Made by a program: the position numbers and the translations under genes. A stretch of 63,039 bases of DNA, counting the filler, from Collodictyon triciliatum (lineage: Eukaryota): assembly GCA_043381765.1 (NCBI GenBank). It is 5 parts of 5 records of this genome, joined end to end, with 100 filler letters (N's around TTAATTAATTAA, not from the genome) between each part and the next. Parts side by side here need not be neighbours in the genome. Positions count along the whole stretch, not along the records: positions 7,854 to 35,180 come from JBHJMP010000203.1; 4 more parts are not named here. The stretch is one strand, 5' to 3'. The notes under the pieces are model-generated. The model worked only from the letters and a program-made list of their open reading frames with translations, was not told where the DNA came from and made no database searches. Shown in pieces: positions 16,912 to 28,588 of the stretch (the first letter of the stretch is position 1; each line of letters starts with the position of its first letter).

Positions 16912-17353
16912 TCAACATATGTGGAAAATTAAAAATATTCTGCAAAGGAAAGCGGGTAGATGCTGTCATTTCAGCTAAATCTCATATATCCGGATGTCCT
17001 AATTGCCTTGCACGTTCTTTTTTCTTTCTTTCATTTCCCCTCTGTCTTTTATAATGAGATTTAAAGTAATTCCTTTTCAAGCTGAAGGAAGGATGAATGC
17101 GAATATAGTGGAAGCTGTCTCTGGTCTGCTGGGCAGAATGATGCGCTTAACCCCCCGCTAGTTTGAACGCCAGTGAGTCTGGCCCCATCTTTCACTTACT
17201 CTCCTTTTTTTTTTTTTTTGACTTTATTGAAAATGGCGGCGGCTTTTTCCTCGGTCTCAACAGCATGCCATAACGTTTTACGGCGGCTTTGTCGTGATGA
17301 GGCATATGCATTTGCAAGGCCTCCATCGACAGGTTTTTACTCTTTTATTCTTC

Positions 17354-17530
17354 CCTTTATTCGATTCAAAGTGCAGCGAGGTTAGGCCGACAGATTTTTA
17401 TTCTTACTAGAAGGGGTATCCCATTCTTTCGATTGGTAAACCTGGTTCCGCTAGTATCCAATCTCCCACCACTTTTTTTCACAAAGGTTGTGAAGTGATG
17501 AAGGCTGCCATGAAAGACCCAACAGCCTGT
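17354..17530 (-). ncRNA. Putative Fanzor omegaRNA scaffold / element 3' end
   Basis: Directly 3' of the RuvC-III region. Sense-strand stems AGGCTG/CAGCCT, TTCACAA/TTGTGAA nested in TCATCACT/AGTGGTGG, and TACTAG/CTAGTA enclosing CCAATC-GAAA-GAATGG. Folded by eye only. Confidence 0.6.
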
Positions 17531-19419
17531 TTTTTTAAAGAGAGGTGTATGCATATTTTGAAGGATTAAGAGAACTTTGTTGAGTATATTTTTGGCGCTG
17601 TTAAAGTCCCTTGTCAAGAATACACCTTGTTTGCTTTCTGAGCGATTGCATTCTTTACATATGAGATATCTATACATTTTTTTTTTGTATTTCCTTTCGG
17701 TGACATATATTCCAGTTCTTTTTCGCAGTTGCAGCACATATTGGAGGTTCTAAATTCATCTACACTAACTGTTTCAAAACGTTTGGATAGTATTTTTCGT
17801 AATGCTCTTCCGATTGTTGGTATAAAATGGTTCATCAGAGATTTTCTGCTCCAGTTTCCATACGCTAGTACAACATCCTTGCCAAATGTCTTTTCGATGC
17901 TGTCCATAAACATTTGTTCACTTCTTTTTGTATTAACATACTGTCTCCATCTCATCTTTCGAAAAGTTGCTTGTTCATAAAATCTGGATAATTCTGTCTG
18001 GTATCTTGATTTCATAGATACATATTTTCGAAATTTTTCATAATCGACCGTGCATGAATGTTGTTTACTCAGCTCTGTCTCTAAATCGATTAAAGATGCT
18101 CTTGATGTCTCAAACCGCTGATTCACTTCAAAAGTCATGTGACCAAAAGAAATAGCACTTTGTATATCTGTTGCCATGTATATCCCTGAATTATTGTACT
18201 TTTTTCTTTTTTTCTCTCACAAGACTATTTTGTGATTTTTAAGAGATTTGCTATCATTTCTTGTTTGGTGTGCCGTGTAGTGTAATTTCTTACCTGTCTC
18301 ATCCACCATGTAAACCAAATTAAACTTGCCTGCATCCATTCCAACCATTTTTTTGTCGCTAATAAAGATAGCTGCTCTTCGGAAAGGTCATATCTATAGA
18401 CATATTCTTGGGATTTTGATTAAATTTGGATTTTGAATTTGAAATACCTTTCTCTTTAAATAATAATGACACCGCCAAGCCGTCTGTTTGCATCATGTAT
18501 ATAAAATTGCAGTCTCTTTGATGAAAGACCCTCTTCATTTCAAAGAACTCATCCCATATGGTTTCTTTGCATCCTGATATATTCTTCATTAATGATATTT
18601 TTCCAGACAATACTAATAGAACTATCAAACGTGCAGTATATAGAGTAATATGACAAGGTATATTGTTAGTTCTTATAGAGATTGGTTGAAGCAGTTTGGC
18701 TCCAATGTCCTCAAAAATACGATTCATGCAAATCAGACATGGAATGTACTTATTTGGATGAACTTTGACGTCATATTCTATACCTTTTACAATATCGCTG
18801 GGAATGATACGATGCAAAGGCGTTGTAGCCCATCCTTTATATTGCTCCGGTATTTCGAGTTTCTTGAAGATGGCTTTTTCTTTTAACTCTTATAACTCTG
18901 GCTTTTTAATAGCTTCCGTAACATTCTTGTCTTGAGGAACTGTTTGATTTATAAAGCGCAGTAACCTCTTTAAAACATGTTCCTTAATATTGTTATGATA
19001 AGCTGTTAACATTTGCTCCGCCAAGTACGGTAATACATGAGACAGTCCAACCAATGGAAAGCGTTCTTCTCGGGACAAAAGGAATCGAAAGTCATTCAGA
19101 TAAAAAGTCGTCATGTCTTCTCTCATATCTGGGTTTTCTTTTTAAAAATGCAGGTCTATCTCGTGAAACTATTCCAACTGCCTTTAAAGCGCACAAAAAA
19201 CTTTTCATCGGTTGTTGGGAGTTGTTGTGATTTCAATATGTAGCATCTTGCAAACAAATAAGTGTTGGTAACCAAATTATGACACAATAAAACCGTACAG
19301 TTGATTTCGTAATAGTCATTCAGATTCTTTACAATCAATTTTGGAGATGTTTTCACATTTCAATTGTCTGGTTTTACAGACTTTAAATTCTCAGACTCAA
19401 GAGGTTTTCTTTTCTTCAT
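17530..19419 (-). pseudogene. Fanzor1 (eukaryotic TnpB-like) RNA-guided nuclease, frameshifted and with stops
   Basis: N-terminal motifs LPYLAEQMLTAYHNNIKEH and YDVKVHPNKY; MQTDGLAVS; RuvC-I VGMDAGK (D 18334-18336); YGNWS; RuvC-II VDEFRTS (E 17755-17757); Zn finger CCNC...CKEC; RuvC-III TRDFNSAKNI (D 17606-17608). Split over at least 5 ORF pieces. Confidence 0.9.
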
Positions 19420-19900
19420 CTGCACGTCTTTGTTTTACTTTTTCCTTTAGAAAACCACCGAGTTTTCAATTTTAATAAAACTTTAGTCAATTGTTAATTT
19501 CACAAAAACAACTACACAAAATCAATCATGTAAAATTAAGTATCTACTGAGACTCTCAAATATGCGCATTTTGGCAAACAAACACACAAAGTTTTTTTTA
19601 TAAATGGTTTGAGACAAAACGCTGAGCCGATTCAGCGAGTTCGAAAGGACGGCTGTATAGCCATTGCGACTGAAATTCAACATATCGGCCCCAAATAAAA
19701 TGGTCACCGCCGCAAGTGTGGATAGTATGCTTTTTTGAAATGCGTGTTTGGTAGCGGGTTTATAGGGTGGGTTCTGTCTTTGCTGAGGCTACGGGTTGTT
19801 TGTCATTTTTTTCAATTATAATGATATTATATAAATGTAAAATAAAATATAACTTGATTACATGAATAGAATGGGATTACTAAGTAATTTAAACCTTGAG

Positions 19901-20188
19901 GAGAGCGGGGTGGCCGTGTGGTCATTCGCCTCCGGGGGATATTTGGCCTCGAATTGAATCTAGTTCAGGGCTCCCGGTAGTTGCAGCTCTTTAGAGTTAT
20001 TATTCTCAATCCTCTCGAGTGCATAGCGATGAACCATGAACCCAGATTCCGTACCAAGCCGGCCAGCACCCTTATCCGACACGCGTCGCTGCTTTCAACC
20101 AAGGCGCATACAACTACGTCGGACTGTAAAAAAATCTAAAAGCCCTTCCATCCCTTGAATCGAATAAATGATAAAAATGAAATAAAAG
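19901..20188 (+). mobile_element. Structured non-coding SINE-like / omegaRNA-like element sharing the TTGAATCGAATAAA 3' terminus
   Basis: GC-rich island with stems GCGGGGTGGCC/GGTCATTCGC, CCGGGGG/CTCCCGG and TCCGAC/GTCGGA. Ends ...CCCTTGAATCGAATAAA plus an A-rich tail; its last 34 nt recur at about 50105-50138(-). Confidence 0.55.
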
Positions 20189-20524
20189 TCACGGCATCGG
20201 TATGAAATGTACATATAGTTCTATATAGTTTACTTGTACGAGTAAGATTTCAAACTGACAATGGAGAATAATTGGAAAGTCTGCAATAAACATTAAAGAT
20301 TTCGGGTGATTGATTTATTTGATATGCATTCAAGTTTTTCGCTGTCGTTTCTTATTTCTTTTGCATTCATGATTTTGATTTGAAGGGTCTTCTCATTCTC
20401 GCTGTCTGGCAGTGAGGCGTCCTGTAAATCAGGATATCTATGTGTGGTTATTCGCCTTTTCCTTTAATCGGCCCGATTGTACCTAAGCAGCTTCGTTTTC
20501 ACAAAGTTGCTTCAGGAGCAGGCG

Positions 20525-21910
20525 TTAGCACGAGCACGAGCCACCTGCTGATGAGTTCGTCGGAGGCTTTCCAATATCGATTGTGCTTGAGCCGGTCGTG
20601 GTTGATTGGCCAGTTTTTCCAGCTTGAGTCTTTGGGAGTTTTCGTGCTTCATTTACATGTTTAGAAACTGTGAGTTTTTGTGGCAAAATCTCTTCGATGA
20701 AAAAAAAAACTTTTTATCACTACTAAATAAGTCACTGCGAAAATATACCGATTGCCACAAATAGCTCATTCACATTTGCAGCTGTCTTCGCTGATGTCTC
20801 CATGTACATAATTCCATTCTCTTCGGCGCACAACTGAGCTTCCTATAATATATAATTATTTTGTGATACTTGTTTTATAGATAAAAAATTGCAACCGGTC
20901 ATAGTTATATAATGTTGGTGCGATTTCCGCAGGACATGAATTATTTTGATCATATGTTGTTTCAATTCAGCAAGTAATTTTGCAGTTACCTCAGCAGATA
21001 TCTTGCGTTTATCAGCCAAGTCGGCTTTGTTTCCAACAAGAACAATTACAATATTTGCACTTCCTTGGCGTTGAAGTTCCTTGACCCAAGATTTCGCTCT
21101 AGCAAAGGTGTCCTAATTTTTTACACGCGTATTTTTCATCATTATTATTTTATTATAATATTGAGTCTGACACAGCATGACAATTACGTTCAATTTCTGT
21201 TGAAGAAGTACATGATGTCATATATTTAGCGTTATCATTACCTTGTTTGTAATGTCGAAAACAACAACGGCTGCTGCTGCGCCGCGGTAGTACATCGGAG
21301 CTAAGCTGTGGTATCGTGGATATTTCGATCCAAAAAGAACCAAATTGTTGACGATGCATCCCCATGCATTTTTTTTTTTGAAGGAGAGGGTGGATGAGAT
21401 AGATGAGAGGAAATAGAGCCGTCATCAAATCTAACTTTGATGTAGTGTTGACTGATAAATTAAATTTACATATTCAAAGAAAAAATTATGAACATATATA
21501 TCAAAATAATTGTAAGTATATTGATGTGGCAAAAAAAATTGGAGTATGAATCATGAAAAAAAAAAAAGTAAAGAGAAAGACTGGTATTTTCTTGTCCTGC
21601 GGTGTCCCATATTTCAAATTTCACTGTTGTATCGTTCAGGGGGACGGTCTGCGTCAAAAAGGCAGCTTTGAAGTTTATGCGATTGTGTGAATAAATGATT
21701 AGTGGTCGGGTAATCAGATGGAAGAATAAAGGAATGCATTATTATGAATTTGCTGATGAAAGTGACAATCCAGAAACCTCCGATTGTGCTTTCTTGAAAC
21801 TCGAAGAACTGCCCCTTAACGAAACGAAGCACTAGAGATGACTTTCCTACAGCTGCATCACCCAAGAGAACGAGCTTGAACTGGAGCGTTTTATTTGCTG
21901 GGTTGCTCAT
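20525..21910 (-). CDS. RAB5: Rab5 small GTPase, 6 exons
   Basis: [75 protein letters not shown] and C-terminal CSC*. Intron 2 (21316-21587) is AT-AC. Confidence 0.93.
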
Positions 21911-22405
21911 CCTACTCTCCAAAAGCGGGCTTCTTTCCTTTCTTCTTTTTTCCTCTTCCTGAATGACAATGATATATTAGTAAATGATCATAATCATCAT
22001 CATCATCATAATAATAATAATAAAATAATAATAATAATAAAATAATAATAATATAATAAAATAATAATAATAAAATAATAATAATAATAATAAAATAAAA
22101 TAATAAATAAATAAATAAGAAGAACATTCATTTTGTCTTGTTCCGCCTCCGTAGCTGTAACTGTTTCGTACGAAAAAAAAATAACATGTATACAATGAAT
22201 AAAATGAAAAAGAGGTAAATCGCCATAAGAAATTTGTCAGGATTGTTGTTGGCTATGGACAGAGAACGGATTTGTGTGTTGTAACCAACGACAATTGCAG
22301 TCCAAGCGTCTATGATTGCGACAAGACCAGCGTGACGATCATAAGACAAGCCGAAAGAGCGAGTGAAATAGGTAAACAAAAAAACAAAAGAAAAAGAAAA
22401 AGAAA

Positions 22406-22437
<32 letters not shown>

Positions 22438-23359
22438 AAAAAAGAAAAAGAAAAAAAAAAAAAAAAAAAAAAAGAAAAAAAGAAAAAAAGAAAAAAAAGA
22501 ACAGCGTGCTTTTTCTCTCTATTACGCTTCGATTTCCAACACGTGTCGGGGTGTGAGTCTGACTCTACAAAGTATTTTACTTTTTTCTGTGTTAAAGCGC
22601 ACGATCGTCCTTCGGCCAATGCGCCGGTAAAATAGAAATGTTGCTGCAGCCGGCAATCAGATAGTTCATTTCTGTGGGGTGCATCGCTGCACAAGCGCAG
22701 AATTTTTCGTGGAAGGGGTACCAATTCTGCCATTTGACTAAAAAATATGTTATATGATTATTACATAAAATATTGCACAAAGAATCATGAAAACTAAAAA
22801 AAAATAGTAATATCGAATATGCCAGTATATATTTTCCACATGTAATTTACATAATTGGACATTTAGATGGAAGATCAAATCAAAAAACAAATCCATATCC
22901 TGCTCGTCCTTTCACGACCAACAGCCGCATCGCACACTCCAACTATCTCTTGTCTGCAAGAAACACTCCCACACTATGGCTTGGCACCTTTTCCTTCTCA
23001 ATCTACTCACCCAAGAACAAAAAAGTTGACCATCCATCAAACTGCCAGGAGCAAAACAACTATTCCCATATAATCTTTCTTTCCTTCTTTTTGTACCTTT
23101 TTTTCCCCTTAAACCACAGGTACAACTAGATCTAATCTCTTTTTTTATTTTACTCTCTCTCTCCCATTTATCACGAAAAAGAAATGTTTATTCCGCCGAA
23201 AATATATAAAGTTATCACCTAGCAGACAAGCCGCCTTATTTTCTAGTGCAGTGATGTTGTACTCTCTTTCGACTGATTTCTGTGTTGATCGTTTCTGATT
23301 TTCTCTCTGCGTTTGTCCCAAACAACGACCAAAGCTTTGCAAGACTCTTGAAACCTACA

Positions 23360-25705
23360 ATGCTGTGCGGGGCTGGCGATTTCTTCACAAGGCTCATCTA
23401 CGGGCAAACACCGAATCCTCCTCCGCCTACGACTCAGTCTCTTGAGAATGAGCCGCAAACACAGCAGACCCAACGAAACAGTGGAGCCGTAGAGTCCAAC
23501 GCAAGTGGCTCCGAGAAAAAGTCTGCTTCGTCTAAGGAGAAAGAAAAAGCGAAATCGGGAAGTGCGGCTTCGGCTCCCCCGGAGAAGAAGCAGTACAGTT
23601 GGGATAAACCAAGGCCCGACCCAAAGGACTATACTTTCTCCCAGAAGACAGGCGAGACGCTGATTCGTGAGCCTGGGTTCTATTTCTATTTCTATTTCTA
23701 TTTCTATTTTGTTGATGATAGAATTATTTTGATAATAGTTAGTTTATTCAGTTCCTATCATTACTCACAATCAGTTCTTGACTACCTATCTTGTTTTCTA
23801 AAAAAATATATATGGTCATGTCTTTATCTTTTAAAGAACCATCGATGGTCTTCAGTTCATCATCGACCATTGTGAGGGGTGCGACATATTCCTTTTGGAC
23901 CACATGACACAGGTCACCATTGATCACTGCAATGATTGCAGGATATTTATTGGGCCGATAGGTGGCAGGTTAGTTCATGATTATTAATGGATACAAATAC
24001 TACTGATATTAAATATTGTTGATTTTATGTACATTTCTAAACATGTCGTAATTTTTTTCTTTAGTGTTTATCACGGTTTACATTATTTCCGTACCTTAAA
24101 GACTTTTTTCCTCGTCCATTCATTACATAATTGCAGTATATTTATTCGGAATGTTCAGAACAGTCAAATAATTGTGGCCTGTCAGCAATTTAGGTTTGTA
24201 GTGTATATTGTTGATATACTTTGAATCTAATAAAGGGGAATATGCGTATTTGCAACATCTACATTCAAACTATGATATTGAAGTAAAATAAACCAAAGAA
24301 TCTCTTGAAGAAACAGTACCATCAAAAGGGATTTTCCACTAGGTCAATATTCCTCACATAGGATTTTTTTTTTATCTTCTCAGAACTCGTGATTGCAAAG
24401 ATGTCGATATCAAGTTATATGCCTTGACCCAGCCCATCATCGAGTCATCTGTGAACATGAGATTTGGCTGCTTTGAATTTCACTATGACTTATTAAGAGG
24501 TTTCTCCAAACACTTTTGAATTATTGCACAAACTTTTCGAACGGACAAGATTGAAGAATAACTTATCGATGTATCGTAATCCAAATAGAGCATTTCAAGA
24601 AGTCTCGCTTGAATACATTTATCAACCCATGGAGTAATATCTATGACTTTACCCCACAGCCAAATAACTGGAGTATATTACCGAAAGTGAAACATACTTT
24701 ATACACCAATGCGATAAATTGTACCATTTTCTCGTAGCGCACTGTTATAATCCAGACTGATAAAACTCTGTTTAAGGAAAATACATGAATCTCGACTATC
24801 TGCTATGAATATATGTATAATCTTAATTACGATTCAGTAGCAACTTATCTTGCCTTTCGTACTATTGTGTAAATATCTCAGGGAACAGAATTTAAGTTCA
24901 AGAAACTACCTGAACATCTGTGCACACAAGAGAGCGAAAATGTTGTACCACTCACATACGGAGACAGAGCGAAACCATCCGACTTTGTAAGTTCTTATGC
25001 TATCACTATTATATGAATCGTGTGTTTCAAAGCTCACACCCCCGAGAAATTATGAATAGTCTTCATTCATTAAACTTTGCATACGTATATTTTCTCTTGA
25101 AACACTGAATTTAAGTGTTGAATTTAATAGAGCGTGTTTGTCCTTTTTATTGACAACAACATGGAAGCTATTAAAGACCTCATCGAAGCCGCATCTTCCA
25201 ATGTATTTATAGATAGAAACCATATCTTTTTTTATATTTTTTTTTATTAGTGACTGACAATTATTGATCCATTATATTCACTCGACAATTCATTCACGAC
25301 TACTGTAAACATAGCCGAATGCCGTGCTTATTCAAACCAAGGAAGCGCCACTCAAGAAAGAACAAGTCCAATTGATGTTTTCTCGCTCCACGGTGGGCTC
25401 ACAGAAGGCATTCATCCAATCAGTCACAAGCGGAGGTATTCTCTCCTTCGCTTATCCCCGTCATCATTCATTCTAGACTCTGCAACTCTCTTTCTTGAAA
25501 ACAAAGAAAAACAAAAACATTCATTTGCGGTACAGGCCCAAAGGTTGGACTGGAATTCAACGGTGCTGATGTCTTGGATGAAATCACGTCCATCACGCAG
25601 AGCATCAAGGCCAAGCACAAAGTCGAAATCCATGTCTCGGAGGACTACGACTCAGCAGACACTGAAATCAGCAACTTCTTTGAGCAAGCAAACATCCGCA
25701 TGTAA
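23360..25705 (+). CDS. RP2: RP2/XRP2 (TBCC domain plus NDK-like C-terminus), ARL3-GAP homolog, 8 exons
   Basis: DPKDYTFSQKTGETLIREPGTIDGLQFIIDHCEGCDIFLLDH, CRIFIGP, SIFIRN, VACQQFRTRDC, TQPIIESS, NPWSNIYDFTP, GPKVGLEFNG; all introns GT-AG. Confidence 0.88.
24218..24240 (+). mobile_element. Decayed copy of the Fanzor-element terminus in an RP2 intron
   Basis: actttgaatctaataaagg is an 18/19 match to ACTTTGAATCGAATAAAGG; no convincing TSD. Confidence 0.45.
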
Positions 25706-26404
25706 CAAACCCTCCGAAAACTGCCGACTGCTTCCAAGGTGCAAGCCTTCTTCTACGAGGGCGACTGTACCCTCATGCATGAATAAAACCATTCAAAACG
25801 AACAGGCAAAACATCGAGACAAATAAGGGTGCTTGCGCATCATATCCAGGCATCCCTACAAACATCAGGAATTCACTTCAGGGCTTCAAACCTAGATATG
25901 AGTCCCCATATCACACACAAAGCCAGACGGAAAGTAATATGATGGATGTGTTTGGTGGTGATTATAGAGATTCATCTATCATTTGCACATGGTCGCGTTA
26001 TCTCAGTCAAGCAACACATTGCTGGCAGTCCCCTCGCGACTTTGAAAACATCTTTAATTTATAAAATTCATAAATATATATTCATTTTTTACTCTGGTGT
26101 TGGCAAATGCGAGCGTGTCGAATGCTGCTTTTGTAATCACCCAAAACAAGGCCGTTTGATTCATTTCCTTTTCCAAACCCTATTCTGTTTTCTTTTCTTT
26201 TTCCGTCTTATATAGAACAGGCAAGACGTCTGTATTGAGTTTGAACTCTCACCCCTTAATTACAACAACGATCGTTTCTTTTTTCTTTCCCCTTCTTCCT
26301 CATTTCTGCCTTAGAAGCTTCTATTAGAGTTTCTTGCTCCATCGAAGAGTTCCCGCAAGCTTTTTGTTCTTTCTTTAGTGCCTTTATAATTACTTTTGGA
26401 GCCT

Positions 26405-26589
26405 ATGGCCGATCACTTTCAACCTATGGAGACTCATCGCTACAAAGTCGTCCTACTCGGCAGTTCTGGTACGGGTAAGACTTCTGTTTTGATCAGAGGG
26501 ATGAAGAATCAGTTCCTTTCAACGACAGAAACTACGATCGGAGGTTTGCCCTTTTCTTCTTTTTCAACTGTTCACCATTTATTTCCTTT

Positions 26590-26634
<45 letters not shown>

Positions 26635-27821
26635 CCTTTTTTTTTTTTTTTTTTTTTTTTTTTCTTCTTGTTCTATTCTCACCGTTTTTTTTTTTTTTTT
26701 AGTCGTCCCTGCTTTCTCATTTTATTTCAGTTTTCGTTTTCCCTCGTACTCACACACGCTTTTCAACTAAAAACCTTTTTGCGCCTTGTTAAATAAACAT
26801 GTATCAAATGATTATGATTATAATTGTTTTTGTTATTTTGCAGCATCGTTTTTCAATGTCTCAGTGGTTTGCCAAGGAAAGATTGTAAAGCTGGAGACTT
26901 GGGATACTGCTGGCCAAGAAAATACCAGATCGACCTTATTTCTTGCTACTCAATATTCAAACTTTCCCTCTTCTCACCTTGTATCATCTACATACAAATC
27001 TTAATGTAACATGATTAAATGACCCAAATATTATTTATTATTCCAACATAAAACTTCGACAACGACTGTCTCAAAATTCGAAAAAATACGATATTCATTC
27101 TTGAGTTCGATGTACTATCGTGGTGCTAGTGTAGCGCTAGTTTTGTTCGACATCACATCCCGTGTATGCACCCATTATAATTGAATAAAATAATCCGAAT
27201 ATTGCTGATTGCTTGGAAATATCTTAAATATATATTCTCAATTTCCTCAATATTAAATACATACGAATTAGGCCACTTTTGAAAGAGCAAAGCTTTGGAT
27301 CCAAGAAGTCACCAACCGAATCCCTGATAATATCAGAACCAGTGTCATCTTAGTCGGTAACAAACTCGACCTTGTTGAAAATCGTGAGGTTTCTAGTGAG
27401 GTAATTGAATCGAATCAACACATTCTGATAGGGTGTGACCATGCTCGCATTATTTGCTTATCCGTTTTAAACTCCCACGCAGACTGCCATGGAATACGCA
27501 CACCAGTACGGAATACAGTATATAGAGACATCAGCTCAAACAGGAGAGAATGTAGCCGAAGTGTTTCTTCTTGCAGGTTAATTTCGATTGTGAATCGCAG
27601 TAGCATGATTTTAGTGAGAGTGACCTGATGATTTTATTTTCAAAGTTGAGATATATAAATTTATCGCGATATCTTGAGTATTCACAGTATTTTCTAACTA
27701 TGTCATATTAGCACAAGAATCCATGGCTTCTGGTCGCTCTACACCACCCATTTCTCGTAACGTTGTGATGATAGCATCTCCAGAGCTTGAGGAACCCAAG
27801 GAAGAAAATTGCTCATGCTAG
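26405..27821 (+). CDS. Divergent Rab5-family GTPase paralog, 6 exons
   Basis: YKVVLLGSSGTGKTS, ETTIGASF, WDTAGQERYSFLSSMYYRGA, VGNKLD, ETSAQ and CSC*. Same five intron positions as the Rab5 gene; intron 2 (26922-27089) is AT-AC. Confidence 0.88.
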
Positions 27822-28096
27822 GCTAGTTCCAAAAAAAAAAAAAAAGCGAGAGAAAAGAATTCAAAGTTATGTCTTTGTTCCAACTTACTGGTCATTATTT
27901 TCAAGGAGATACCGCTGTGTTGACCTTTCTATACGAATTGATATTCTATGAAATTCATTACAAATGCACCTAATCTTGCTTATCCATCTTTGCCCTTTCC
28001 TTTTCTTTCCGATACCCACCCTCCCTTTTCTTTTCTCGTGTCCCCTATCTTTATCTTTCACATATGTTCTCTTGCTTAACCAGGATCCTATGAACT

Positions 28097-28153
28097 ACCA
28101 TTCTTATATCCTTTTTTTTTCCTTTATTCGATTCAAAGACCATTCTTATATCC
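28097..28153 (-). mobile_element. 27-bp A-tailed insert of the element terminus with perfect 15-bp TSD
   Basis: accattcttatatcc at 28097-28111 and 28139-28153 flanks 28112-28138, which reads CTTTGAATCGAATAAAGG+A9 on the minus strand. Confidence 0.85.
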
Positions 28154-28588
28154 CTTAATATATTCATCCTGATAAATACTCAACCTCAGACTCTATCCAA
28201 GTAGTTTTTTTTTTTTAAAGAAGACATTATTTTTTAAAAAGGAAATTCAATTCATTCATAAACTAAAGAAAATTGGAGCACTCTTTAGCAATTGGAATTG
28301 AACATGCATCCTGCATGCACCAACTTTGTTATCTATGGTAACTTAGATGGTATCCGGAATATCGTCTTGAAATTTAAAATAATGTAGTTTTCTGAACCTC
28401 CTCTTCAAAACAACTGTTTGTATAAACCCAGGCGAACCGAGAAAACAGTGTGTCCTCTTCCATCGAGGTGTTGCAATTATACCCTTCTTTTTTTATCTTC
28501 CTCCCTTCATGACATATGATGTCATTGTGAACTTTGTGTCTCTTTTGCAATTTGAATTTTATTGACCAACAAGTCAGACGAACTTATT

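Larger units (their letters stand above)
17354..19419 (-). mobile_element. Fanzor1 element (nuclease pseudogene plus 3' omegaRNA-like region); 5' boundary undefined
   Basis: Intronless Fanzor ORF remnants in an intron-rich genome, followed by about 180 nt of hairpin-rich sequence ending TTGAATCGAATAAAGG and an A-rich tail. Confidence 0.85.

Noticed and set aside
19431-19450. TSD partner for the long Fanzor copy (tgttttactttttcc vs gtttttactctttt at about 17333)
   Set aside because: Low-complexity, short and gapped match.
19547-19642. Hammerhead ribozyme (CTGAGA...stem...AAAAC-stem)
   Set aside because: Needs about five changes in the catalytic core and no stem I is found.
19901-19990. tRNA gene
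   Set aside because: A-box-like sequence only; no T-arm GTTCRA and no cloverleaf.
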